IMG/VR virus record: IMGVR_UViG_2974532474_000001
Span: 4,763-68,762 of that record
Source of the DNA: a virus
Lineage: Duplodnaviria > Caudoviricetes
Strand: one strand, 5' to 3'
Length of the DNA stretch: 64,000 nt
Under the pieces are notes generated by a model that did no database searches, was not told the origin of the DNA, and worked only from the letters and a program-made list of their open reading frames with translations. Shown piece by piece: positions 16,925-25,890 of the stretch; position 1 is the stretch's first letter; every line of letters begins with the position of its first letter. A program made the translations under genes and the position numbers.

Positions 16925-18891
16925 ACGGCAGCGCGCTGCAACAGGCAGCTAGGCAACCAACGAGGCAGGAAGCGCCGGACAAGGTGGAATCATTCCACCG
17001 CGGCATTGTTTCGGAGGTCCGTTCTGACGGCATGCTTTGGGTGATCGTGCCCCGGCTGGCCGGTGATTCCCCGATTGGCCCCATGCCGGCTGCGTCGTAT
17101 GCCCTGACCGTGGGGGAACGCGTCATGGTTGGTGCCGTGGGTGACTCCCGGGGTGACCTCATGATTATCTGCCGCGAGTACGGCGATTCCAGCGCGTTTC
17201 CGGCGTTCGAGGGCGTGCATTTGGCGACGGCGCCGACAGGGCCGGACCATGCCACGAGGAAAGACTACGTGGACGCCCTTGGTTCAATCACGGCGGATCC
17301 CAACACTGTGGCGCGCCGTGGCGCTTCCGGGTCATTGCTGGCCCAAGAGGTCTACCTCAGCGGACTACAGACGGCGAACAACGCGGCGACGCGCAAAAGC
17401 TACGTTGACACCGGGGACGCGGCCCGGATGCCCAAGAACCCCACTTTGCTGCCCGGGACGGCGCACGACCTCAACGACTACCAGTCGCCCGACATTATGC
17501 ACCAGAGCTTCAACGCGGCGACCACCATTAGCGCAAACTACCCGGTGAACCTTGCCGGGTTGCTGGAAATCTTTGCACCCTCAACCACGTTCATTTACCA
17601 GCGGTACACGACGTACAACAACGTCACCCGCATTTTCTGGCGTGCCAAGTATTCCACCAACGCGTGGGGCGCCTGGAAGGAAGTCCAGGAAGCTGCGGCC
17701 ATGGTCACGGCGTTGGCTGGCAAAGCTGCGCTTGCCCACACCCACGCGGCTGCGGACATTACCAGCGGCGTCTTTGCCGCCGCCCTGTTGCCAGCGGCCA
17801 CCACGTCAGCCCAAGGTGCCATGTCAGCGGCGGACAAGACCAAGCTGGACGCGGCAACGATCAACGCCACCGGCTCAACCATTGCCTTGCGCAACAGCGC
17901 CGGCGAGCTCACAGCAACTAACTACTTCATGCCGTCCGGCCAAGCGCAATCGGCGCTCCCTCAGTCCCTCACACGCCGGGACTATGTGGACGCCGCCGTG
18001 GCTACCAAGGCCAACACGTCCCACGCTCACACCTATGCCGACATAACGGGCACCGTTCCCACCTCAGCGCTGCCGCCGCTGGCCGTCAATGACGTGTTCA
18101 CCGTGGCAACTCAAGCGGAAATGCTGGCCCTCGTGGCGCAACGCGGCGATATGGCCATACGTTCCGACACGGGCAAGAGTTACGCGCTTTCCACGGACAA
18201 CCCGGGCACGCTGGCGGACTGGAAAGAGCTAATGGCAGCCGGTCAGGTTCAGTCCGTGGCTGGCAAGACCGGGGTAGTGGCCTTGGTCAAGGGGGACGTT
18301 GGGCTTGGGTCCGTTGACAACACCACTGACCTTGGCAAGCCGATTTCGACGGCCACGCAGACCGCGCTCAACGCCAAGGCGAATAGCACCCACACGCATT
18401 TGTGGGCTGACCTCACGGACAAGCCCACGACGTTTACGCCGTCCGCGCATGTGCACAGCGCCGCCGACCTGACCAGCGGCACGGTGCCTGTTGCGCGGCT
18501 GCCGCTGGCCACCACATCCGCAGCCGGTGCCATGAGCGCAGCGGACAAGGCCACGTTCGACGTCGTCTCCGAGGACACGGGCTGGGTCAACGTCCCGCTT
18601 ACGGCGCCGTGGGTGAACTACGACACCGGGGTGCACGCCACGGCTCAAGTCCGGCGCATCGGCAATGACGTGGAGTTCAAAGCGTTCCTGAAATCGGGGT
18701 CTTTGGGCACCAACGTGGGCGTGATCCCGGCAGGGTTCCGGCCCGTCTCGCAACGCTGGCCAACGGCCACGTTCCAGTCCACAATTGTGGGTTCAACGTT
18801 CTGCGTGATCTACCCGGACGGCACGGTGTTCTTGGTAGGGTCCGGCGCGGTTACTTACGTGTCCATTGAGTGCCGATGGATGCTGGGATAG
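16921..18891 (+). CDS. Baseplate spike/tail fibre protein
   Basis: GTG overlapping upstream stop; N-terminal OB-fold-like FHRGIVSEV...LWVIVPRL; HATRKDYVD and H-x-H repeats; C-terminal DTGWVNV...VRRIGNDV fibre tip. Confidence 0.7.
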   Translation: MNGSALQQAARQPTRQEAPDKVESFHRGIVSEVRSDGMLWVIVPRLAGDSPIGPMPAASYALTVGERVMVGAVGDSRGDLMIICREYGDSSAFPAFEGVHLATAPTGPDHATRKDYVDALGSITADPNTVARRGASGSLLAQEVYLSGLQTANNAATRKSYVDTGDAARMPKNPTLLPGTAHDLNDYQSPDIMHQSFNAATTISANYPVNLAGLLEIFAPSTTFIYQRYTTYNNVTRIFWRAKYSTNAWGAWKEVQEAAAMVTALAGKAALAHTHAAADITSGVFAAALLPAATTSAQGAMSAADKTKLDAATINATGSTIALRNSAGELTATNYFMPSGQAQSALPQSLTRRDYVDAAVATKANTSHAHTYADITGTVPTSALPPLAVNDVFTVATQAEMLALVAQRGDMAIRSDTGKSYALSTDNPGTLADWKELMAAGQVQSVAGKTGVVALVKGDVGLGSVDNTTDLGKPISTATQTALNAKANSTHTHLWADLTDKPTTFTPSAHVHSAADLTSGTVPVARLPLATTSAAGAMSAADKATFDVVSEDTGWVNVPLTAPWVNYDTGVHATAQVRRIGNDVEFKAFLKSGSLGTNVGVIPAGFRPVSQRWPTATFQSTIVGSTFCVIYPDGTVFLVGSGAVTYVSIECRWMLG

Positions 18892-18902
18892 GACACCCCG
18901 GC

Positions 18903-18944
18903 CCGTCCCACAGTGAAGCGGTCATGACCTCCACCATGGGGGCA
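18903..18944 (+). promoter_or_regulatory. Class L promoter, leaderless for 18944
   Basis: CCGTCCCACA 41 nt before ATG; CACCAT at -12..-7. Confidence 0.75.
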
Positions 18945-20881
18945 TGGCCGTTTCAACAACACCCCGCTTTGGCGTAGAGACATACAGCGCTGGAACCGAC
19001 CCGCACCCCGGGCGTACCAAGTTCAACGAGCGCATGCTCGCGTTCGAGGCGCTGGCAGCTATCGCCACGCAAGGCACCACGGGCGCGCGCCCGTCTGCTG
19101 GCAAAGCCCGGGCGTTCTACTGGGACACCACCGTCGACAGGCTCTATTTCGACAACGGCACGGCCTGGAAGGAAGTAACGACCAACGGCGGCGGTGGCCC
19201 CGGCGCCGCGATTGTTCCGGGCGCGGCTGCCAGCGAGGGCACGTCTTCCCGTTCCGCGCGCGCTGACCACACCCACAGTTTGCCGTTGGCCACGGCTGCC
19301 GTGGCCGGTGCCATGGCGGCTGCTGACAAGGCCAAGCTTGACGCTGCCAGCGCTTCCCCCACCCCCAACACTTTGGTGATGCTGGACGCCAACGGACGCA
19401 CTCAGGTGGCTGCCCCGTCCGCTGGCGGCGACACCACGAACAAGACGTATGTTGACGCTCAAGTTGCCACGAGGGCGACGACGGCCCACAGTCACGCGGC
19501 TGCGGACATTTCCAGTGGTGTCTTGGCTGCCGCTCGCTTGCCGGCTTCCACCTCCGCTGCTGCTGGGTCCATGTCCGCTGCTGATAAAGCCAAGCTGGAC
19601 GCTGCGTCGGCTGCGGCCACACCGTCTACCCTTGTCCTGTTGGATGCCAACGGGCGCGCTGCCGTAGCCAACCCCAGCCTTGCCGGGGAAATAGCGAACA
19701 AGGGCTACGTTGACACCCAGGTTGCCACGAGGGCCACCACGGTGCACACGCACGCTTGGGCGGACATTACCAGCGGCGTGCCCACCACCTTTACCCCCGC
19801 AGCCCACAGCCACGCGGCGGCTGACGTATCAAGCGGCGTGTTTGCTGCTGCCCGTCTTCCCGCAGCAACAGGCGCGGCCCAAGGTGCAATGAGCGCAGCG
19901 GATAAGACCAAGCTGGACGGCGCCACCTCACTGGCCACCCCGTCCACGCTGGTGATGCTGGACGCTGCCGGACGCGCTGCCGTGGCTGCCCCATCGGGCG
20001 GCGGCGACATTGCAAACAAGACCTATGTAGACGGGCAGGTTGCCACCAAGGCCAACACCACCCACACCCACACATGGGCGCAAATCACGAACCCGCCGGC
20101 GACCTACGCCCCGTCTGCGCACAATCATGATTGGTTCGACCTCACGGGCGTGCCCACGGCTTCCCGCACCCAGTCCGGCATCATGTCGTCTTCCGCTTAC
20201 GCGCTGCTCTACGACGCCACGGCGGCTTACGCCACGTCCAACATTGTTATGCGTGACGGCGTTGGCAATATCCAAATCAACCGGCCCACGGCTGACATTC
20301 ACGGCGCTAACAAGCTCTACGTTGACGACCAGATGAACGCGGCACGCGCTGGCAAGCTGGACGTTTCGGTGTTCACCGCCGCGATTTCCACCAGTGCCAG
20401 CGCTCGCGCGATCCGGTCCCCTAACTTGGCCTCATACATGACGTTCTACGACAACGGCGTGGTTGAGTCCCCGGCGATCTACAACACCAACGCCGCGAGC
20501 GGATCCGGTTTCCGTGCTGTCTGGGTCAACAACACTGGCGGTTTGGGCTATAACCTGTCCTCCGAAAAGTACAAGACCAACATCGACGCTTACGAGGTGC
20601 CGCTGGAAGTCCTGGAACAGATCGAACCCAAGCGCTTCCAGTACAAAGACAGCTTGGAAGAAATGGGCGAGGACGCACCCTTCCGCGTGAACTTCCTGGC
20701 GGAAGACCTCCACGACGCCGGACTAACCGAGTTCGTCAGCTACGACGGCGAAGGCACCGAGCGTGAGAACTGCCAAACCATCAACGAACAGTTGCTGGTC
20801 AACGTGCTGTGGAGCTTCGCACGTCAACAGCAAACCCAGATCAAGGCCATGCAAAACCAACTCAACGAAATGGCCAAGTGA
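18944..20881 (+). CDS. Tail fibre with repeated modules and C-terminal intramolecular chaperone (peptidase S74-like)
   Basis: Repeats GAMSAADKAKLD...NKTYVD; LSSEKYKTNI...FLAEDL chaperone motif and terminal coiled coil. Confidence 0.85.
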   Translation: MAVSTTPRFGVETYSAGTDPHPGRTKFNERMLAFEALAAIATQGTTGARPSAGKARAFYWDTTVDRLYFDNGTAWKEVTTNGGGGPGAAIVPGAAASEGTSSRSARADHTHSLPLATAAVAGAMAAADKAKLDAASASPTPNTLVMLDANGRTQVAAPSAGGDTTNKTYVDAQVATRATTAHSHAAADISSGVLAAARLPASTSAAAGSMSAADKAKLDAASAAATPSTLVLLDANGRAAVANPSLAGEIANKGYVDTQVATRATTVHTHAWADITSGVPTTFTPAAHSHAAADVSSGVFAAARLPAATGAAQGAMSAADKTKLDGATSLATPSTLVMLDAAGRAAVAAPSGGGDIANKTYVDGQVATKANTTHTHTWAQITNPPATYAPSAHNHDWFDLTGVPTASRTQSGIMSSSAYALLYDATAAYATSNIVMRDGVGNIQINRPTADIHGANKLYVDDQMNAARAGKLDVSVFTAAISTSASARAIRSPNLASYMTFYDNGVVESPAIYNTNAASGSGFRAVWVNNTGGLGYNLSSEKYKTNIDAYEVPLEVLEQIEPKRFQYKDSLEEMGEDAPFRVNFLAEDLHDAGLTEFVSYDGEGTERENCQTINEQLLVNVLWSFARQQQTQIKAMQNQLNEMAK

Positions 20882-21168
20882 TGTTTTCCGACATTCCCGC
20901 TTGGATCGGCACCGACCTAACCCCTTGGGCAATTGTGGGGCTAGTGGTGGTGTCGATCCTCACGGGCCGTTTTCTGGTCCCAAAGATTTACTACAACGAA
21001 ATCAAGGCCGAACGCGACCGTTGGCGGAATGTGGCCGAGTCCTTGACCGGCGACGTGAAAACCATTGCCGGTTCCTTGCCCGGGGTGCTTGAGGTGGGCA
21101 AGTCCATGGATAAGGTCATGACCGCTGTACGCGAGAAAGCCGACGCTGAAACGGGGGCTGGCGAGTGA
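20881..21168 (+). CDS. Membrane protein (lysis cassette)
   Basis: TGATG overlap; N-terminal hydrophobic helix then coiled coil. Confidence 0.75.
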   Translation: MFSDIPAWIGTDLTPWAIVGLVVVSILTGRFLVPKIYYNEIKAERDRWRNVAESLTGDVKTIAGSLPGVLEVGKSMDKVMTAVREKADAETGAGE

Positions 21169-21383
21169 ATGCACTAGGCAGGTTGTTTGGGTGGCACAAG
21201 TACACCGTCAGCGCCGAGGAAAAGGACGCGTCAACGGCGGCACTCATGGAAGCCGAACAGGTCAAACAGACCGTGCAAGCCCTCCACACCGAATCCACGA
21301 CGGTGGGCGCCCGTCAGCGCCGCATTCGTGAAGAAAACAACTGGACAAGATCACTGGAACACGTATTTAGGGGAGCCCAATGA
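21165..21383 (+). CDS. Small hypothetical protein (lysis cassette)
   Basis: 4-nt overlaps on both sides. Confidence 0.7.
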   Translation: MNALGRLFGWHKYTVSAEEKDASTAALMEAEQVKQTVQALHTESTTVGARQRRIREENNWTRSLEHVFRGAQ

Positions 21384-21784
21384 AAAAAGAAATCGGCATC
21401 GGGCTGGGTGTGATGCTGCTGGCAGCAACGGCGTTCCTTTGGTCTGAGCATTCGTCCTTCACCGTCGTGCTGCTGGTCATTCTGGTTGGCTCGCTCGCGG
21501 TCCTGACGATCTACTACATGCGCCGTAGCCACTGGCGCCGCTACCCGTCCGGGCGGGTATTTATGTACCTCATTTGGGCGTTTGATGCCCTGATTGTGTA
21601 CTGGCTGTTCTCCCGCCTGATTGAGTCCAGGGACTTGAGAATTGGCATTTTTAACGTCCTGATTGCTGGCCTTGTGGCCGCGATTTGGTTGATCACTGGC
21701 ACGTTTTGGAAGTCTCAGCGGCGTGCCCGTGCTGAAAGGCTGCGCAACGCAGCAATCAACAAGAAAGAGGAAACCCAGCCATGA
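21380..21784 (+). CDS. Multi-pass membrane protein (holin-like)
   Basis: About four hydrophobic segments and a basic C-tail. Confidence 0.7.
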   Translation: MKKEIGIGLGVMLLAATAFLWSEHSSFTVVLLVILVGSLAVLTIYYMRRSHWRRYPSGRVFMYLIWAFDALIVYWLFSRLIESRDLRIGIFNVLIAGLVAAIWLITGTFWKSQRRARAERLRNAAINKKEETQP

Positions 21785-23436
21785 CCACTGCATCACAGGA
21801 ACGGTTCCTTTCCGGCGCCGCTGGCAACTACTACGACCCGGACGGCGTTTATGCGTTCCAGTGCGTTGACACCGCCATTGCTTACGCCATGGCGTGCTAC
21901 CCGGAAGTGAACTGGGAAACCACGTTTGGCCGCGGCAACGCCAAGGACCACTATCCCAAGAGCAACGCCTACTTTGATTCCATCCCCAACATTGTGGGAG
22001 ACCTCAACAGCTACCCGCAGCGCGGCGACATTGTGGTTTGGGGCGGGGACAGCTTCAACCCTTACGGCCACATTGCCGTGGTGTTGTGGGCGGACGCATA
22101 TGGCATGCGTGTGCTGCAACAGAACGCTGACGGTTCCGCGCGGCTGCCTACGCAGGTAGCAACCGTGGGTTACGTCATTCCGGGTGCTGGCGGCGTCGTG
22201 GGCTGGCTGCGTCCCAAGGTGTCCGGCACCGCCCCCACCCCGACCCCGGCACCCCCAGCCGGCCGACTCAACGGCATTGACGTGTCCATGCACCAAGGCA
22301 CCGCCTTGAGCTTCGCCGCAACAGGTGCGCAGTTCGTGGGCATCAAAGCCACCGAGGGTGTGGGCTACACGGATCCGCAGTACGTCGCCAATGTCGCCAA
22401 GGCGCGCCGCGACGGGCTGCCAATCATGCACTACCACTTCGCCCGTCCATTCGCCGCTGACGGGAACACCGCCACCGCGGAAGCGGACTGGTTCCTTTCC
22501 GTGGTCCGTGCGCAGCTTGGGCCGGACGACGTGCTTGTGCTGGACTTCGAGGCCGAGAACACCCACCGCACGGATTGGGCCAATGACTTCCTGGACCTCG
22601 TGCATGCCAACACGGAAAAGCGCCCGTGGCTGTACTGCAACCAGTCCGTGGCCAACCAGCCCGGATGGGATGCCGTCAAGGGTAAGTATCCGCTGTGGTG
22701 CGCCCAGTACCCTTCGCCTGTCATTCAGTCGTGGTCTCCGCTCAACGCGGCCCCGTCCGTTCCGGGCTGGAACCTTGTTATGTGGCAGTACAGCCAGAGC
22801 GGCCGGCTGCCCGGTTACGGCGGCGACCTGGACCTGAACGTGTTCTACGGCGACATGGGAGCATGGCAGACCCTTGCCGCTGGTGGCAACTGGATTGCTC
22901 CGGTAGTTCCTCCCGTGGTGGCGCCTCCGGTGGCTGGCACGCCGTCACAGTGCATTGTTGAGCCGGGGGACACCCTCAGCGCGATTGCTGCACAGTTCGG
23001 TGTTGACCTTGGCGCCCTGATCAAGGCCAACCCGGGAATCAACCCGGAACTGATCTACCCCGGGCAGGTGCTGAACCTTCCCGGTGGTGGTCCGCTGACG
23101 AACCCGGGCGCCGTGTCTCAGTGCGTTGTGGACGCCGGGGACACGCTCGCTGGTATCGCCGCGCAATTCGGTGTTGATCTTGGGGCTTTGATCAGCCTCA
23201 ACGGCATCACCAACCCTGACCTGATTTTCCCGGGTCAGTTGCTCAACCTCCCGGCCAAGGTGGCTGCCCCGGCAGCCCCCGCCCCGGCTGCGGTTCGACA
23301 GGTGGTTGTTGAATCGGGCGACACCTTGGGCGGCATTGCCACCCAATTTGGTGTTGACGTGGGGGCGCTGGCCCGGGTTAACGGCATCACCAACCCGGAC
23401 TATATCCAAGCTGGTCAAGTCCTCAACCTCCCGTAA
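21781..23436 (+). CDS. Endolysin: CHAP + GH25 muramidase + three LysM
   Basis: FQCVD...PYGHIAVV; GIDVSMHQG...IKATEG...LDFE...WQYSQSG...DLN; three VEPGDTL..IA repeats. Confidence 0.92.
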   Translation: MTTASQERFLSGAAGNYYDPDGVYAFQCVDTAIAYAMACYPEVNWETTFGRGNAKDHYPKSNAYFDSIPNIVGDLNSYPQRGDIVVWGGDSFNPYGHIAVVLWADAYGMRVLQQNADGSARLPTQVATVGYVIPGAGGVVGWLRPKVSGTAPTPTPAPPAGRLNGIDVSMHQGTALSFAATGAQFVGIKATEGVGYTDPQYVANVAKARRDGLPIMHYHFARPFAADGNTATAEADWFLSVVRAQLGPDDVLVLDFEAENTHRTDWANDFLDLVHANTEKRPWLYCNQSVANQPGWDAVKGKYPLWCAQYPSPVIQSWSPLNAAPSVPGWNLVMWQYSQSGRLPGYGGDLDLNVFYGDMGAWQTLAAGGNWIAPVVPPVVAPPVAGTPSQCIVEPGDTLSAIAAQFGVDLGALIKANPGINPELIYPGQVLNLPGGGPLTNPGAVSQCVVDAGDTLAGIAAQFGVDLGALISLNGITNPDLIFPGQLLNLPAKVAAPAAPAPAAVRQVVVESGDTLGGIATQFGVDVGALARVNGITNPDYIQAGQVLNLP

Positions 23437-23450
23437 GGAATAAATAAATC

Positions 23451-23921
23451 ATGATTGTTTTCGACGTTCCCCAGTGGCAGTTCTTTGTGCAACTGTTCGG
23501 CGGCACCGTAATGACCCTGTTGGTGGGCCTTGTGACCACTCGCGTGACCGCCCCGCAAACGCGCGCAATTCTGTTGGCGGCGCTGTCGGTGCTGAGCTCC
23601 ATAGTCACCGAGCTTGTGGCGGCGCTACAGACCAACACGCCCTATAACTTGGGCACCGCGCTGGCGTTCGGCCTCTTGACGTTCCTGGTAGCCGTGGGCA
23701 CCCGCTACGGCCTCTTGAAACACACCAACCTTGAGATTGCCGCACAAAACACTCTTGTCACAGCCTCCAAAACCGATGTACTGGCAGCCGAGCAAGATAA
23801 AGCCCGTGAGTTGCTGGCAAAGGCTGGCGTGTCCACGATTGCAACGGACCCCGCAGAGGGCATCGACGTTTTGCGGGTGATTGATTCCCGCTACGTGCCC
23901 CGCCACAGCACCCGCGAGTAA
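23451..23921 (+). CDS. Holin
   Basis: Three predicted TM helices directly after the endolysin. Confidence 0.75.
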   Translation: MIVFDVPQWQFFVQLFGGTVMTLLVGLVTTRVTAPQTRAILLAALSVLSSIVTELVAALQTNTPYNLGTALAFGLLTFLVAVGTRYGLLKHTNLEIAAQNTLVTASKTDVLAAEQDKARELLAKAGVSTIATDPAEGIDVLRVIDSRYVPRHSTRE

Positions 23922-23929
23922 GCGAACGC

Positions 23930-23963
23930 AAGAAAGCCCCCACCAAGCGGTGGGGGCTTTCTT
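23930..23963. terminator. Bidirectional terminator
   Basis: AAGAAAGCCCCCACC-AAGC-GGTGGGGGCTTTCTT between convergent genes. Confidence 0.9.
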
Positions 23964-23973
23964 GTGTCCGGGG

Positions 23974-24192
23974 TTAGATGCTGACGTACTTTTGCACCGT
24001 GTCCAGCAAGTGCATGTAGTCGCTGCTGAGGGCGTCGTCAAAGAACGTTTTGGCTTCCTCCCGGTGTCCCGCTTTCTCAAGGGCTTTGCGGACCCGTGAG
24101 GCGATCATAAAGGCGTTGCCGTCGTGCCCTTCCAACGGGACCACGACGTCGGGAAAGAGTGGCTGGCCCTCAACTTCGGCGGCGTTAGGCAT
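23974..24192 (-). CDS. Conserved-type phage hypothetical (GNAF...SSDYMHLL)
   Basis: AAAGGA RBS before ATG 24192. Confidence 0.75.
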   Translation of the reverse strand: MPNAAEVEGQPLFPDVVVPLEGHDGNAFMIASRVRKALEKAGHREEAKTFFDDALSSDYMHLLDTVQKYVSI

Positions 24193-24346
24193 GGTGTTGG
24201 GTGTTCCTTTCGAGGACGGCACCACCAATTTGGTAAGTGCCAAAGTTGAAGCGTTGGGCTTTGCGTTGGCAGTAGAAACAGCGGTTCAGTGTGCCTTGGG
24301 TGGTCACTATGAAGTAGTGGCCATGGGTGCTGCAGTGGCTTGTCAT
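24185..24346 (-). CDS. 53 aa Cys/His micro-ORF (MTSHCSTHGHYF...RCFYC)
   Basis: Hand-translated; ATGA overlap with upstream ORF. Confidence 0.55.
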   Translation of the reverse strand: MTSHCSTHGHYFIVTTQGTLNRCFYCQRKAQRFNFGTYQIGGAVLERNTQHHA

Positions 24347-24438
24347 GGGCGGGGTCCACGGTCATGGCGGATACATGAGGGGATGCTGATAAGTAGAGCT
24401 ACAGCGACGGGGATAAGGACGATAACGAGAGCGTGCAC
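24343..24438 (-). CDS. 31 aa single-TM micro-ORF (MHALVIVLIPVAVALLISIPSC...)
   Basis: Hand-translated; GTG start after GGAGG. Confidence 0.5.
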   Translation of the reverse strand: MHALVIVLIPVAVALLISIPSCIRHDRGPRP

Positions 24439-24440
24439 GG

Positions 24441-24581
24441 CTAAGCCTCCACTTTCCACGGGTGGCGGTCATTGGACTGGATTTGCCATGTGAGGTTTCC
24501 CTCGTCGTCGCGTCCGCACCAACTGACCGGGAAGCCGTCACCGGGCTTGAGTTCAGATGCTTTGACGGTCTTGGTGGTCAT
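24441..24581 (-). CDS. 46 aa micro-ORF (MTTKTVKASELKPGDGF...)
   Basis: Hand-translated; AAAGGA RBS and CGCCACAG leader motif. Confidence 0.65.
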   Translation of the reverse strand: MTTKTVKASELKPGDGFPVSWCGRDDEGNLTWQIQSNDRHPWKVEA

Positions 24582-24612
24582 GTCCGTTGTCCTTTGTAGC
24601 TGTGGCGGGGTT

Positions 24613-25158
24613 TTATTTGCTGGTGTCTGCTATCAGCGGCATGAGGGCCGAGAGGGGCACTGAGGTGAGTTCCAAGGGGATGTTGGTAATGCCGTTGGTG
24701 TGTTCGAGGGTGGCGCGTCCACGGGTGGGGCGGACGTGAGTAACGCGCCATTCGTAGCCCTTCCACTGTGGCGTGTGTTCGGCCACGATTGCCACCGTGT
24801 CACCTTCGCTGAACTCAACACCCTTGTGGGCGAGGTAAGCAATCGCGGTGGCCCGGGCAATATCGGCGGCGGTTGACGTTGCGGGTACGGCGTCGCCCGT
24901 GGTCTTCCAGCCAAAGTCCATGTCCTCAAACCACACGGCGTCGGATGCTTCCTCGGCGTCGCCGTTGTCGTCCACGGTGTAGAAACCATAGCTGAGTTCG
25001 TCCGTGTCGAAACCTTCGCCAATGACGCCGGGGCCAAGCTGAACCGCGCCGCCGTCAATGATCAAGGTAGCGCAGCCGCCACCAGTGTCTTCAACGTGGG
25101 CGGTGATGCCCTCAGCGGCGAAGGCTTCGATCATTTCGGAGAAGGTAATGGCGGTCAT
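24613..25158 (-). CDS. Immediate-early hypothetical protein
   Basis: AAAGAGGA RBS; directly downstream of a sigA-type promoter. Confidence 0.8.
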   Translation of the reverse strand: MTAITFSEMIEAFAAEGITAHVEDTGGGCATLIIDGGAVQLGPGVIGEGFDTDELSYGFYTVDDNGDAEEASDAVWFEDMDFGWKTTGDAVPATSTAADIARATAIAYLAHKGVEFSEGDTVAIVAEHTPQWKGYEWRVTHVRPTRGRATLEHTNGITNIPLELTSVPLSALMPLIADTSK

Positions 25159-25196
25159 GGTGTCCTCTTTCGTTGTGGCGGGTTGCTACAAGAAAG

Positions 25197-25226
25197 AATG
25201 TAGCACCCCACTACAGGACTATGCAA
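25197..25226 (-). promoter_or_regulatory. SigA-type promoter TTGCAT-N18-TACATT containing palindromic operator TGTAG-N7-CTACA (25199-25215)
   Basis: Reverse complement read directly; near-identical copy at 58872. Confidence 0.8.
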
Positions 25227-25440
25227 CCCGCTTGGCGAAACCACCCGGTTTGCCAGTCCGCTGGACGTGCGTAATGAACGGCTCAATGGTGGACTCGCGC
25301 CACCCGGGAGAGTGGCTGATTTCAAAATCAGGGACGGGCATAAGGCCGCGCATCTTCCAAGCGCGCACGGTCTTGACTTCAACCTTGAGCATTCTGGCTA
25401 TCTGGTTGTAATCAATCAGGCGAACAGGTTTCTTAGGCAT
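25219..25440 (-). CDS. HTH DNA-binding protein (MerR/excisionase-like)
   Basis: IDYNQIARMLKVEVKTVRAWKMRGLMPVPD...GWRESTIE; GGGAGG RBS. Confidence 0.8.
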   Translation of the reverse strand: MPKKPVRLIDYNQIARMLKVEVKTVRAWKMRGLMPVPDFEISHSPGWRESTIEPFITHVQRTGKPGGFAKRVA

Positions 25441-25473
25441 CGGGGGTTCCTCCCGGGTAGTTGTGGTCAATTG

Positions 25474-25503
25474 AGTGTAGCGGGGTGCTACTAGAGGCCG
25501 CAA
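25474..25503 (-). promoter_or_regulatory. SigA-type promoter TTGCGG-N18-TACACT with operator variant (25476-25492)
   Basis: TGTAGCGGGGTGCTACT on the plus strand. Confidence 0.65.
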
Positions 25504-25510
25504 CGCGCCC

Positions 25511-25552
25511 CCGTCCCCCAGCCGTGGCCCCGTAGCTGCAACCATGAGGCCA
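25511..25552 (+). promoter_or_regulatory. Class L promoter, leaderless for the baseplate wedge gene
   Basis: CCGTCCCCCA 41 nt before ATG; AACCAT at -12..-7. Confidence 0.75.
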
Positions 25553-25890
25553 TGGCTACTGGCGTACTTTCTTTCCCGTTCAAGCTTCAAGCGGACGGCA
25601 CGGCGGCAACAGCCGGTTATGGCACGGACCAGGAAACTGAGGAAGCCATAGCCGTGCTGGTGCTAACCCATATCGGGGAACGCCAAATGCAGCCCATGTT
25701 CGGAGTTCCTGACCCGGCTTTCTCCGGTCTGGGTGCTGGCGATATTCAAGTGGGGCTAGACCAGTACGGGCCAGCCGGCATAACCGTGCAATCAGTGACC
25801 ACCGAGCCGGTGGACGGCACCGACCAAATTGTGCGCGCCAAAGTGGCGTGGACGCGAACCAGCGACGGAACAGGAACGAACAATGGCTGA
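25552..25890 (+). CDS. Baseplate wedge protein (gpW/gp25-like)
   Basis: LSFPF...VLTHIGERQMQPMFGV motif. Confidence 0.85.
   Translation: MATGVLSFPFKLQADGTAATAGYGTDQETEEAIAVLVLTHIGERQMQPMFGVPDPAFSGLGAGDIQVGLDQYGPAGITVQSVTTEPVDGTDQIVRAKVAWTRTSDGTGTNNG

Noticed and set aside
25219-25440. Lysogeny repressor or excisionase indicating a temperate lifestyle
   Set aside because: No integrase, ParAB or att-like site seen in the window; an autoregulator role is simpler. About 10% of the genome may be unseen.
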